From: Botryllus schlosseri
Taxonomy: Eukaryota
Assembly (NCBI GenBank): GCA_051294905.1
Contig: CM119372.1
Span: forward strand, 34,846,001-34,910,000
Direction: 5' to 3'
DNA length: 64,000 nt
The notes under the pieces are model-generated. The model ran no database searches. It was not told the DNA's origin and saw nothing but the letters and a program-made list of their open reading frames with translations. Shown here in pieces: positions 14,656 through 28,345 of this stretch (the stretch's first letter is position 1; every line of letters starts with the position of its first letter). A program made the translations under genes and the position numbers.

Positions 14656-16522
14656 TTACGTAGTTTTTTGATGGTGGCTCAACAAGAGATGGTTGAATCG
14701 CTTAAGTTCATTCTTCGCAAAGCAATTGAAAGCTGTCTGGGCGATGGAGTTGAAGTTTGCATGACCAGATTGACAGCAGTTATTCAAAAGAGGGCGCATT
14801 AGGCTTGACAAATGAACCACCTCGTAAGTTGCCTCCGTGAAAACAAATCTTTGGTTTTGACAACAAAACAATTTTTGCTTCATGTCCATGGAATCACTTA
14901 TGATGGTGAAATATTTGACAGCAAGCGTCGTTATTGCAAAGCATAACTCGGTAGGCTCAGCAAGTCCACCTCGATCAGCCATTTTGAATATTCTTTTGTA
15001 TTCTTCTGGGAAGTAGAAATCCAAATCCGGAACGTCACGGTCGGTTATCAGCAATGTTTTGCAATCCATGCACTTTCGTCGCACAGAAATTGATCGGCCA
15101 ATGCATCCACTGACAAAATATATCACACCGGCCTCTTCAGTTGTGATAAAATTCAGCGGTGCAGAGATAGGCAAAAGAAAGCTCACCAACCATTTGAAAT
15201 CTTCTGCAGGTTGTAACACAGTTGCGGTCAAAGGTGGGTCTTGTTCATTCAAATTAAGAATACTCTTCAAACCATGCTGCTGAAGAAAGCTCAAGCAGCG
15301 GAACTTTTTTTCCGCAGGCAGTAACTGCTTCACGGACATGAAAAAGTTTGCCCCATTAACTTGCCGGTACATGTCAAATCTAGCCTCAATCGGATCTGAC
15401 AAGACTTTTCCGGTGAGAAAATACTTCACGCCATGTTGCCGTTGAAGGTATCTTGACAGTGAAAGGACTGAGGTCATGGTTCGAATACAAGCCATAAAGG
15501 TCTCGTTAGTGAGTCCAGCTCTGTCAGATCTTTGCCACTCCATGAATATAGTTATGGCTTTGTTCAGGGATATCTAGACTAGGGATTGATAACTCTTTTT
15601 TGCCCATTACGTGATGGTTTGCCTTCCCCAGTCAGACCCGCGAATGAGCCATGGGTGTACTCAATTCTTTGTGCTGTATACACCTCATCTATCATGAGGC
15701 ATACGATACGATCGCGGGGTGTTAAGTCTTTTGATCGCTCTTTTAAATAATGCAAGTCTACTTTTCTTGGCTCCACAGTCATTTTCGATGATATTTGGCG
15801 AAGTCGACTCATCGAAGGCAAGGCAAAGAAATGCTTCAACTTTTTGTACAGGACTAGTCAATCTCGACAGGAAAGCCAACATAAGAGTATCAGGTGAATA
15901 TCGGCGACCTTTTGGGTGGATTTGAATCAATTTCAACTGTTTCACAAGAAATCCTAACAAAGGTGTCATGCAGCCATCCTGTAGAGCTGTGGACTCTGCC
16001 GTAGCGACGAGATAATCTTCCGGGATAGACACAGCAAGACTAATGCTGCTCGAGTCATCACTGCCACTATACAGTTTCCTGCATACAGCAAGCACATTGG
16101 CTACCTGGCTGGTGCTTTGTACAAATCCGGTTGGAAGCACGTTCTCATACATCGATCTGGGAACTGGTTTGGAATTAACAAAAGCAAAGACTTCCAAATT
16201 CTGCTTTATGAGAAGGGATATGGCAAGTTTCGGTGGATTGATCATATTTTCTGATGTCTCTATCCAGTGAAATTGCAGCGAATCATCGGTCATCGGTGCA
16301 CACAGAACTATATCCAGATGGTAGTGTCTCGTTCTTAATCTTCTCCTTCCGAGAAGCTAATGTTTCAATATTTTCAAGCAGAAAAATTTGCTTGTTACGG
16401 CCCTCAATTACAGAATTTTGCATTTCACGTCTTGCAGAAGCACTTGTTGATTTCGTACTCCGAGATGTAGGGCTCGGTACACTCAAATACCCCGACAGAT
16501 TTGGGAAAATATGAGGAACAAC
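14656..16522 (-). pseudogene. P-element/THAP9-like transposase, central and C-terminal parts (frameshifted, internally deleted)
   Basis: Motifs KGRRYSP, LPSMSRLR, CLMIDEVY (first catalytic Asp region), LTNETF, YFLTGKVLSDPIEARF (catalytic Glu region) and YFVSGCIGR..CMDC, spread over four ORFs. Confidence 0.85.
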
Positions 16523-17429
16523 AGTAGTAGTATAGATCGCTCGCGATTCGTAATGGGCTCTTATGGGCGCGGCGGTGAGGTGCCTGAAAACTCGTGGTGG
16601 TGATGGCACCCTTTTACACCCCCTCTCGGCGGTGAGGTGCCATGTGTTCTTATGGATGCGGTGATGATGGCACCCTTTCGGGTATAGGCTGCGGTGGTGA
16701 GGTGCCGCGAAAACTCGTGGTGGTGATGGCACCCTTTTACAACCCCTCTCGGCGGTGAGGTACCTATGTGGTGATGATGGTACCCTTTCTGGTATAGGCT
16801 GCGGCGATGATGTGCCTACGGATTCTTGTGTCGTAGTGAACTAACGTTGTGGATATAGGCTGCGGTGATGATGTGCCCACGGATTCTTGTGTCGTAGTGA
16901 ACTAACGTTGTGGATATAGGCCGCGGCGATGATGTGGCTGTCGTGTATTATTACACGGTTTCTACTGATTCGCCATGTGTTCTTATGGGTGCGGTCGTGA
17001 TGCGCACTTTCAACCATCTCTCGCGCGGTGTTGAATATGTACGAGTCACCAACAATAACCGCACAAACGGAAACGTGGCTTGTTGTGAGGATTAAGCAGC
17101 GCGACCTATATTTCGAATGACCTGCGCGCTGAATTATTTCCCGCCAACCGCGTGCTACTATCGATTATTGCACTAGACCAGTCAGTGTGAAATAGTTTGA
17201 TCGTAAATTATGATATATGATGTCGTAGTTTAGTCGTGTCAAATGACCGATCGTGTTCTCTTTCCTCGCTATTGATTGCTAGCTGAATAATACTTTCGGC
17301 TTATTCGCTGTTTCGCGCCTACAGAATAGTCTGCTGTTCACAGTCGCAACAAGAATCACAAGTATACACATTTACACATTCGTTTATTACTCTGAAATCA
17401 AACTCTTCACAAAAACACGTACAATCGTA

Positions 17430-17879
17430 TCATTCACTTTTTTTATCATCGCCAAAATTATCCAAGTATTCCTCGGTTGAAAACCCTTGAGCTCTTTTTA
17501 TCAAGAATGCGATAGCATGATCTCCACACACATCTGAAGTTTTACTCTGTAACTGTTTCCCAGTCACTGAAAATTCATCCGGCTCCAGGAATTCGATTAT
17601 CTGAGGTTTTAGTGGTCCGAAGCCTAGCGAATCATGAAAATGAGTATCGTCATCTCTGTATATAGACACCCAGTGAGATCCAGGCAAACTCGATTCGTCG
17701 TAATTAATGGTGATAGCGAATTTTCCGCTAGTTGGTTTCTTCGGTAACTGATCTACTGGATAAGTTCGGCGATTCGAATATCGACAATAACCGCGTTCGC
17801 ATACTAACACTCTAAAAAGGTGTGAAATATTTGTAAAAATCCTACGACCACTCACAAGATAACACATCAGAATAGTCAT
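17430..17879 (-). CDS. Adenain-like (Polinton/Maverick-type) cysteine protease, probably degraded at both ends
   Basis: YPVDQLP...INYDESSLPGSHWVSIY...FHDSLG...QLQSKTSDVCGDH gives the H/D/Q/C catalytic pattern. A 1-nt shift in an A-run hides the expected C-terminus (NDTIVRVFVKSLISE). Confidence 0.85.
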   Translation of the reverse strand: MTILMCYLVSGRRIFTNISHLFRVLVCERGYCRYSNRRTYPVDQLPKKPTSGKFAITINYDESSLPGSHWVSIYRDDDTHFHDSLGFGPLKPQIIEFLEPDEFSVTGKQLQSKTSDVCGDHAIAFLIKRAQGFSTEEYLDNFGDDKKSE

Positions 17880-18833
17880 CTCTCGTGGTTTGGTGTTACA
17901 AAGGTAGGAATTATAAGTAATATTTTGGACGACAATGACATATCGTTATTCTTATGGACGCGGCGACATGATAACGTTACAGGTATAGGTTGTGGTGGTG
18001 ATTCGCCATGTGTTCTTATGCGTGCGCTCGCACGTCGTACTTTCAAGTATAGGTATCTCTCGCATGTCGTATTGGAAACTCGTGTTGGCTCGCTCACGCG
18101 GCGAAATTTTAGTAATCAGTTTGTCACAGTACTTGATATCGCTGGTAAGATTTAACAAGTAACGAATAACAGACCGCGGTAACTTGAATAGCGACAAATT
18201 GTCACTTATTTCCGCTCTAACTCTAATCCTTTGTGAAGTGAACGCTTATTCAAAAGGGCGTGATATAATTTTAAAATCCAACGACCACTCACCGGATAAT
18301 GCTTCAGACATATAGCAATCCCTCATACCCGCCTACAAGGTAATATTTCGGTAATTAGTTTGTCACAGAACCGTCGCAGGCGGTGATTGGAAAACCGACA
18401 ATTTGTCACTCGCCCGCGATCGCTATATGTTTCACGCCTCCAGAATAGTGGCTGACTTTAGTTGCGTGATAAGATCCATGAAAATATTCAATCAATGTGT
18501 TAGTTTATCAACTTGAAATGAAACTCACTACACAAATCAAGTCGATTCGTATCTGAATGTTTTAAATCGGTACAACTCTAATCCTTTGACAAAGCCCTTA
18601 ACGCGTTTTTGGTGAATCGAACGTAACCCGAATATTACTGACGCCGACTTTCAGCCGCATCGAATTATTCGCACATTCCGCGTCACTGTTTTCGCACTTA
18701 TAGAATCAATACCAACTATAACTCTTCAAGAATCAAGAATCACAAGTATGTGCATTACACAGTTATTGTCTTTATTAACTTGAAATCAAACACTTAACAA
18801 AAACACACAACTAATCATTTGGCAACTCTAGCA

Positions 18834-19109
18834 TTACCAAAAAATTCCAGTATTGTTGATTGAAAATCCTTGAGTCATTATTATCAAAAATGTTATAGTA
18901 CCGCATCGGGATCCATTCGCGGGATGTACTAAAGGTAAATCCAAATAATCCACATTCGCGGGATGTACTAAAGGTAAATCCAAATAATCCACATTCGTGG
19001 GATGTACTAAAGGTAAATCCAAATAATCCAGAATGAAATATTTGGACTTTGACATAGTGTGAATTGAAATAGGATTGACAAACACGACTACCAACTTTGA
19101 TCCAGCCAC
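18834..19109 (-). pseudogene. Diverged paralogue of the adenain-like protease (catalytic His absent, internal 39-bp triplication)
   Basis: AGSKLVVVFVN..YFILDYLDLPLVHP aligns with PGSHWVSIYRD..HFHDSLGFGPLKP, and RCGTITFLIIMTQGFS aligns with VCGDHAIAFLIKRAQGFS. The downstream nucleotides are also similar. Confidence 0.6.
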
Positions 19110-21849
19110 ATTTCAAGATCATACTTTGAAACAAGTAATGTAACATTACAACTCTATTCACGATCCCGCTTTCCATTTGTCAAAGAAATATTTTAACATC
19201 TTACCATACTCAAAAGAATTATTCACAACATTAACAATTGTTAAAAATCTAGTTTTCACTTACTTGATTATATCACTGCAACTCATAAATTTGAATTAAT
19301 TCATCCTGGTTGTATTCGTATGCTCGGTCTTTTTTATTCAATTGTAAAGGTTGTTACTATTCTGAAGACAAAGTATTTACTAATCGGTGCATATACGATT
19401 TGACTTGGACATATTATATTTTGAGTATACGAGATTTGAATGTCTGAACAATAACTGAGAAATAATTTATCACAATTAAATCCGTAATATTACAGCGTAA
19501 AAGATATTGGAATGTCAGCAACTCTGCAAGGTCATAGTTACTACCACTAATTTACCCGACCAACTCGTCATGATCATTCCTGAAATCAACACAAACGTGA
19601 CCACTGACTTGAGTTAACCACAAAACAGCATCAAGTTTTAAATCCACTTGTAGCTTACGGCTTATTTGAATGCGGGTTATGTTTTGTTGTAATTGAGTGT
19701 ACGGAAATAGTATTACGTCTCGACATATCACCATGTCGGAATTTGTGGCAGAGAATTGAAACATATGCACTTTACAGAGTGTGAAAATATCTCTTTGAGT
19801 ATCGAGTACCGTTCGAAGCAAGCGATCAATTCTTAATCATTTCAGTAACTCCCCATTGTGTGTGCTAAATGTAAAATATCGCGAGGTTATACACTCTAAG
19901 ACTTTGATTATTACAAAAGTAAATTGTGATATGTTTGTTAGATGCATCCAATTCAACTAGAAGTGTCTAGTGCCCAACACTCGTAATATCAAAAAAGTAC
20001 TCGCTACACTGTTATTTGCTAAACGTGTTTTGCATTGTTGTTCATTTGTAGTATTGAATGAAATTGTTCTTGAACCCTCAAATAATAATTCCCGACATGA
20101 AACCAAGCCGCTGAAAGTCGTTACCATCACGAAGATACAATGTGTACGATGTTTGTCAAATGTGTCCTACCTGGCCAACAGAAAACAATTTTCACTAGCT
20201 TGGTAATGAAACCGAAGTCTCCATTCGATATATTGTTTGCGTCAAATACTTTACAACGAACACATTTGCGTGGTTGAGCTTTACATCATCAGACTGTCAT
20301 CTGTACATCAAGAATACATCAGACTTGTAACTGGATCGTTTACCTAACCGAGTTGATATTTTTGTCATTTAGTGATTGCTGAACATACCACTTCGAAATA
20401 CTGCGTTGATCTTAATTTCCATCATCGTGATAAGTGAAGTACATTTGTTTTGAATTCATAACAATAGGCTTTTCTACGACATGATAAATTATTGACAAGT
20501 TCTGCTTAGAAGATTGGTTGCATATCACGAAAAATAATATACCACACATATTATTACTGTTACTCCATTCATCGGTATTTTTTCCGTTGTCGATTTTCAA
20601 ACGAGTAAAATTTATTACTTGAGTTGCTCTGCTTAATGTAAATGTAAACTCGCCCATCTTTCAACAACAAACAATGTTAAAATAGTATACAATCAAACAC
20701 AACAAGTTTTACGATACTAATTATTATCCCACATAACCCATTTCTTACTGAAGACATATGAAATATATTCATGTTACACGAAAATATTCGCTCATGCTAC
20801 AAACCTGTACAATGATTGGTGGTGCTTTCAAACTGTTTCGATACCTCAAGAACTTTATTGTCTGAACGGTTGTTCATGTATCGTAATAATCAAGTAGTTA
20901 AACATAGAACTAGTATTAACAGAAACACCAGAGTTGTTTACACAAAAGTTTGTATGTGTACAGTATACGAATACCATTTGTAAGTCCAGCACAATTGTGG
21001 TATCCATACGAGTTTAGTTAACACAATTTACGACACCGAGGTCGCGTCATCTTTCGTAAGACAACAAACCAAGGCTTCAGGATATGTCCATGTCATAGCA
21101 ATAAATCAGCTACTCCAACAACAGAGTGCATATGTTTCTAGTTACGGCGCTTACATCTTACACACAAATCAATCTACTTTGCTAACGAAAAGTGGTGAGT
21201 CATCATATGGTTGTCCTCACAACTAAAACATACTATCACACAAAATGGTCGTTATAGTTTGCACACCAACGGTACATCGTACAAGTAACAAGTCTCGAGA
21301 ATCCAGTTATTCAAAAAACGTGAAAGTATTTCTACACCAAGTCGTTATGTTGACGAAAGCGTATATTGTAAGATCATGATCGATTTACATTCGTTGGTCA
21401 CAAAATGTCACTACTCTAAATAATTATTTTTCACTCAAACACAAACGCATACTTGTCACCATTCGTTTTCATCAAGCACGAGTTCAAGAAACTTACTTAC
21501 TACGATATGAATTTTTATTTTTATGTTGTGTAAATAGGTAATAATTAATTCAAGTAACACTATATCAACATCATCGAGTTGTGCTAATAGATTTACATGT
21601 GGTCTTGTGGTTTTCGTCGGGACATACAGCACGAACTAACTGTAGACTCCTCTCTGTTGTACAGCTACTCGGTAATCGAAATGCATTAACATGTAAACAA
21701 CGATCTTGTTTCGTCACACCAAAAATATGTTCACTGTCGCGATACTCCGCACAAGACGTGCATAGCCTTTTCACACTCGTAATAGTATACCAACGTCAAG
21801 CGATAACGTTTACCAACACCAACGACACTAAACCCACGACGTTTACCTA

Positions 21850-22600
21850 TGTAAAATTACCACTTTCACTTGTCAGTCCATCGTTTACCTGACTAAACAT
21901 ATTATTTTCCTTTGGAGATCTGACGTTTACCCAGAGTAAGAAACCATTTTCACTTGTAAATATTTTTTTTTCCTCGGCTAACAAACCTTTTTTCACTTGT
22001 AAATATATTTTTTTCCTCGGCTAACAAACCTTTTTTCACTTGTAAATATTTTTTTTCTCTGGTTAACAAACCTTTTTCACTTGGAAATATATTTTTTCTC
22101 TTGGTAATAAACCTTTTTCACATGGAAATATATTTTTTCTCTTGGTAATAAACCTTTTTCACATGGAAATATATTTTTTCTCTGAGTAACAAACCTTTTT
22201 CACATGGAAATATATTTTTTCTCTGAGTAACAAACCTTTTTCACTTGGAAATATATTTTTTCTCTGGGTAACAAACCTTTTTCCCTTGGAAACATATTTT
22301 TTCCCCGGGTAACAAACCTTTTTCCCTGAGCAACAAACCTTTTTCACTTACAAATATATTTTTTCCTGGGTAACAAACCTTTTTCACTTGGAAATATATT
22401 TTTTTCCCTGGGTAACAAACCTTTTTCGCTTGGAAATATATTTTTCCCTGGGTTACAAACCTTTTTCACTTGGTGATCCGTCGTTTACCTGAGTAAAAAT
22501 ATCATTTTCCTTTGGGGATCTGGCGTTTACCCAGTGTAACAATACATTTTCTCTTGGTCATCTAGCTTTTCCTAGAGTAACAAAACCATTTTCATTTTGA
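21850..22600. repeat. ~41-bp tandem array, left arm of copy 2
   Basis: Units are directly visible; one unit more than the right arm. Confidence 0.9.
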
Positions 22601-24894
22601 AATCTGACAACCACACCGACAATTTGATATTTTTGTATTTTCTTACAGCGAACAGCGACAAAATATACACCAACAACGACTCCGATACATTTGTCTAATC
22701 AAATATTCACTTGTGTTGGTGCATCCCATCAAAATCATCGGTTACCCACATGCAATGCGCTCTTGTACACAGAAATGCATGTTTTGGAAACTTGGACAAT
22801 AGGCTTCGATAGTTCTGTGCTGTCTGGGTTCGTGCTTTGGATTTTCCAGAGTCAAAATGTCTGAATAAAACACCTCCTCGACGATGGTTGGTATGTGGAT
22901 AACGGTGTTCGGAAAACGGTTGGATTTATGTCACCCATCGCGATAACAATTCCAGGTCAAGTTTTCCCCTCGCATGTTTACTATATTGTGTCTTTATTGG
23001 TCAATGTATGCCTCGACATTCAGTTTGAAATCGGAAACCCTGATAAAGTATGCAACCGGATCCGGATATCAACTCTGAATCGATAAACCAATGAACAATA
23101 TTCAAAGTAAACATGTTACACCCTGTGTTTCCACGAAAAAATACCATCCAGACATACGTCGCGCTTGTTTGCCCACACCAGTATACGCGTAAATGGAGGT
23201 GTGTGACATTGCATGCAATGTGTTGGTATACAAACATCGATCCACAGACAATATCATAGCCGGTAGTTTTGATGTAGATCGAATGTCATCACACCCGATA
23301 ACAATACCAATAAGCCACATTGTAATGACTCTGAGTCCGCGGTATTAGTCATGACCCTATCTCCGGACAGACGTCCCAGATCAATTGGAGACATCGATCA
23401 ATATCCGTCGCGTTGTCGACACCGAACTTTTCTGCTGCAGCGTTTGACCAATGTGAACTATCGAAGTATGGGTGCTCGAAATGATTGCGATCAGTCTTTC
23501 AGTCACGATGCATCGATGTCGCTACTCCCACATAACGACTCCAGATAAATATCGTGAACAGTGATTCTGCAAATCTCGGACTGATACTGTGATCCAATAT
23601 TGTGTGTTTCTGTGGAATCAAGACTGTAATCGTACACCACAATGGAAATCATAAAACACATCATCGTAAGGATCCAGTTCGTCCTGTGACATTTCGAAAC
23701 GGTCATCGCCACAATAGATCGGTATCATTTTGAAACGACATCGTCACAAGTCTATTGACGTCGATTCTGTTGGTCATGTCAATCCATTTCACAATCCACC
23801 GTTTTTCAAGTCCCTGCACCATAGTGTTACGACACAGACAAGAAGCGACGGTGGAAATAATAAAACACGAAAAGCACACTTTGGTGTTATTTGACATGGA
23901 TTTTACACGAGATGAACCTCACATTCGAGCGATGAATTGGAATGGTGATTGTATTGTTGACGTCAAAGGAAAAGAAATGTATCGATTTATCGGTTTCGTA
24001 CATATCCAACAAAAATCTGGGTATATGATTGTGCATGGTTCGCATATTCGACTGTGAACGCCCAATTGGTATATGTTGTACAGTTCACTTTCACCGTCGT
24101 GCGAATAACCCATGTTAGGGTTCCATGTTTGTGTGTCTGTATGTCATGCTTCAGATTGACTCAGAGTCATTACAATGTGGCTTATTGGTATTGTTATCGG
24201 GTGTGATGACATTCGATCTACATCAAAACTACCGGCTATGATATTGTCTGTGGATCGATGTTTGTATACCAACACATTGCATGCAATGTCACACACCTCC
24301 ATTTACGCGTATACTGGTGTGGGCAAACAAGCGCGACGTATGTCTGGATGGTATTTTTTCGTGGAAACACAGGGTGTAACATGTTTACTTTGAATATTGT
24401 TCATTGGTTTATCGATTCAGAGTTGATATCCGGATCCGGTTGCATACTTTATCAGGGTTTCCGATTTCAAACTGAATGTCGAGGCATACATTGACCAATA
24501 AAGACACAATATAGTAAACATGCGAGGGGAAAACTTGACCTGGAATTGTTATCGCGATGGGTGACATAAATCCAACCGTTTTCCGAACACCGTTATCCAC
24601 ATACCAACCATCGTCGAGGAGGTGTTTTATTCAGACATTTTGACTCTGGAAAATCCAAAGCACGAACCCAGACAGCACAGAACTATCAAAGCCTATTGTC
24701 CAAGTTTCCAAAACATGCATTTCTGTGTACAAGAGCGCATTGCATGTGGGTAACCGATGATTTTGATGGGATGCACCAACACAAGTGAATATTTGATTAG
24801 ACAAATGTATCGGAGTCGTTGTTGGTGTATATTTTGTCGCTGTTCGCTGTAAGAAAATACAAAAATATCAAATTGTCGGTGTGGTTGTCAGATT

Positions 24895-25600
24895 TCAAAA
24901 TGAAAATGGTTTTGTTACTCTAGGAAAAGCTAGATGACCAAGAGAAAATGTATTGTTACACTGGGTAAACGCCAGATCCCCAAAGGAAAATGATATTTTT
25001 ACTCAGGTAAACGACGGATCACCAAGTGAAAAAGGTTTGTAACCCAGGAAAAAATATATTTCCAAGCGAAAAAGGTTTGTTACCCAGGGAAAAAAATATA
25101 TTTCCAAGTGAAAAAGGTTTGTTACCCAGGAAAAAATATATTTGTAAGTGAAAAAGGTTTGTTGCTCAGGGAAAAAGGTTTGTTACCCGGGGAAAAATAT
25201 GTTTCCAAGGGAAAAAGGTTTGTTACCCAGAGAAAAAATATATTTCCAAGTGAAAAAGGTTTGTTACTCAGAGAAAAAATATATTTCCATGTGAAAAAGG
25301 TTTGTTACTCAGAGAAAAAATATATTTCCATGTGAAAAAGGTTTATTACCAAGAGAAAAAATATATTTCCAAGTGAAAAAGGTTTGTTAACCAGAGAAAA
25401 AAAAATATTTACAAGTGAAAAAAGGTTTGTTAGCCGAGGAAAAAAATATATTTACAAGTGAAAAAAGGTTTGTTAGCCGAGGAAAAAAAAAATATTTACA
25501 AGTGAAAATGGTTTCTTACTCTGGGTAAACGTCAGATCTCCAAAGGAAAATAATATGTTTAGTCAGGTAAACGATGGACTGACAAGTGAAAGTGGTAATT
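24895..25600. repeat. ~41-bp tandem array, right arm of copy 2
   Basis: Reverse complement of 21850-22600. Confidence 0.9.
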
Positions 25601-28345
25601 TTACATAGGTAAACGTCGTGGGTTTAGTGTCGTTGGTGTTGGTAAACGTTATCGCTTGACGTTGGTATACTATTACGAGTGTGAAAAGGCTATGCACGTC
25701 TTGTGCGGAGTATCGCGACAGTGAACATATTTTTGGTGTGACGAAACAAGATCGTTGTTTACATGTTAATGCATTTCGATTACCGAGTAGCTGTACAACA
25801 GAGAGGAGTCTACAGTTAGTTCGTGCTGTATGTCCCGACGAAAACCACAAGACCACATGTAAATCTATTAGCACAACTCGATGATGTTGATATAGTGTTA
25901 CTTGAATTAATTATTACCTATTTACACAACATAAAAATAAAAATTCATATCGTAGTAAGTAAGTTTCTTGAACTCGTGCTTGATGAAAACGAATGGTGAC
26001 AAGTATGCGTTTGTGTTTGAGTGAAAAATAATTATTTAGAGTAGTGACATTTTGTGACCAACGAATGTAAATCGATCATGATCTTACAATATACGCTTTC
26101 GTCAACATAACGACTTGGTGTAGAAATACTTTCACGTTTTTTGAATAACTGGATTCTCGAGACTTGTTACTTGTACGATGTACCGTTGGTGTGCAAACTA
26201 TAACGACCATTTTGTGTGATAGTATGTTTTAGTTGTGAGGACAACCATATGATGACTCACCACTTTTCGTTAGCAAAGTAGATTGATTTGTGTGTAAGAT
26301 GTAAGCGCCGTAACTAGAAACATATGCACTCTGTTGTTGGAGTAGCTGATTTATTGCTATGACATGGACATATCCTGAAGCCTTGGTTTGTTGTCTTACG
26401 AAAGATGACGCGACCTCGGTGTCGTAAATTGTGTTAACTAAACTCGTTTGGATACCACAATTGTGCTGGACTTACAAATGGTATTCGTATACTGTACACA
26501 TACAGACTTTTGTGTAAACAACTCTGGTGTTTCTGTTAATACTAGTTCTATGTTTAACTACTTGATTATTACGATACATGAACAACCGTTCAGACAATAA
26601 AGTTCTTGAGGTATCGAAACAGTTTGAAAGCACCACCAATCATTGTACAGGTTTGTAGCATGAGCGAATATTTTCGTGTAACATGAATATATTTCATATG
26701 TCTTCAGTAAGAAATGGGTTATGTGGGATAATAATTAGTATCGTAAAACTTGTTGTGTTTGATTGTATACTATTTTAACATTGTTTGTTGTTGAAAGATG
26801 GGCGAGTTTACATTTACATTAAGCAGAGCAACTCAAGTAATAAATTTTACTCGTTTGAAAATCGACAACGGAAAAAATACCGATGAATGGAGTAACAGTA
26901 ATAATATGTGTGGTATATTATTTTTCGTGATATGCAACCAATCTTCTAAGCAGAACTTGTCAATAATTTATCATGTCGTAGAAAAGCCTATTGTTATGAA
27001 TTCAAAACAAATGTACTTCACTTATCACGATGATGGAAATTAAGATCAACGCAGTATTTCGAAGTGGTATGTTCAGCAATCACTAAATGACAAAAATATC
27101 AACTCGGTTAGGTAAACGATCCAGTTACAAGTCTGATGTATTCTTGATGTACAGATGACAGTCTGATGATGTAAAGCTCAACCACGCAAATGTGTTCGTT
27201 GTAAAGTATTTGACGCAAACAATATATCGAATGGAGACTTCGGTTTCATTACCAAGCTAGTGAAAATTGTTTTCTGTTGGCCAGGTAGGACACATTTGAC
27301 AAACATCGTACACATTGTATCTTCGTGATGGTAACGACTTTCAGCGGCTTGGTTTCATGTCGGGAATTATTATTTGAGGGTTCAAGAACAATTTCATTCA
27401 ATACTACAAATGAACAACAATGCAAAACACGTTTAGCAAATAACAGTGTAGCGAGTACTTTTTTGATATTACGAGTGTTGGGCACTAGACACTTCTAGTT
27501 GAATTGGATGCATCTAACAAACATATCACAATTTACTTTTGTAATAATCAAAGTCTTAGAGTGTATAACCTCGCGATATTTTACATTTAGCACACACAAT
27601 GGGGAGTTACTGAAATGATTAAGAATTGATCGCTTGCTTCGAACGGTACTCGATACTCAAAGTGATATTTTCACACTCTGTAAAGTGCATATGTTTCAAT
27701 TCTCTGCCACAAATTCCGACATGGTGATATGTCGAGACGTAATACTATTTCCGTACACTCAATTACAACAAAACATAACCCGCATTCAAATAAGCCGTAA
27801 GCTACAAGTGGATTTAAAACTTGATGCTGTTTTGTGGTTAACTCAAGTCAGTGGTCACGTTTGTGTTGATTTCAGGAATGATCATGACGAGTTGGTCGGG
27901 TAAATTAGTGGTAGTAACTATGACCTTGCAGAGTTGCTGACATTCCAATATCTTTTACGCTGTAATATTACGGATTTAATTGTGATAAATTATTTCTCAG
28001 TTATTGTTCAGACATTCAAATCTCGTATACTCAAAATATAATATGTCCAAGTCAAATCGTATATGCACCGATTAGTAAATACTTTGTCTTCAGAATAGTA
28101 ACAACCTTTACAATTGAATAAAAAAGACCGAGCATACGAATACAACCAGGATGAATTAATTCAAATTTATGAGTTGCAGTGATATAATCAAGTAAGTGAA
28201 AACTAGATTTTTAACAATTGTTAATGTTGTGAATAATTCTTTTGAGTATGGTAAGATGTTAAAATATTTCTTTGACAAATGGAAAGCGGGATCGTGAATA
28301 GAGTTGTAATGTTACATTACTTGTTTCAAAGTATGATCTTGAAAT

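Noticed and set aside
23755..24057. Spacer ORF shared by copies 1 and 2 (3724-3927) as a functional gene
   Set aside because: About 11-12 replacement versus 4-5 silent changes, with different start and stop positions, which looks neutral. No recognisable motif.
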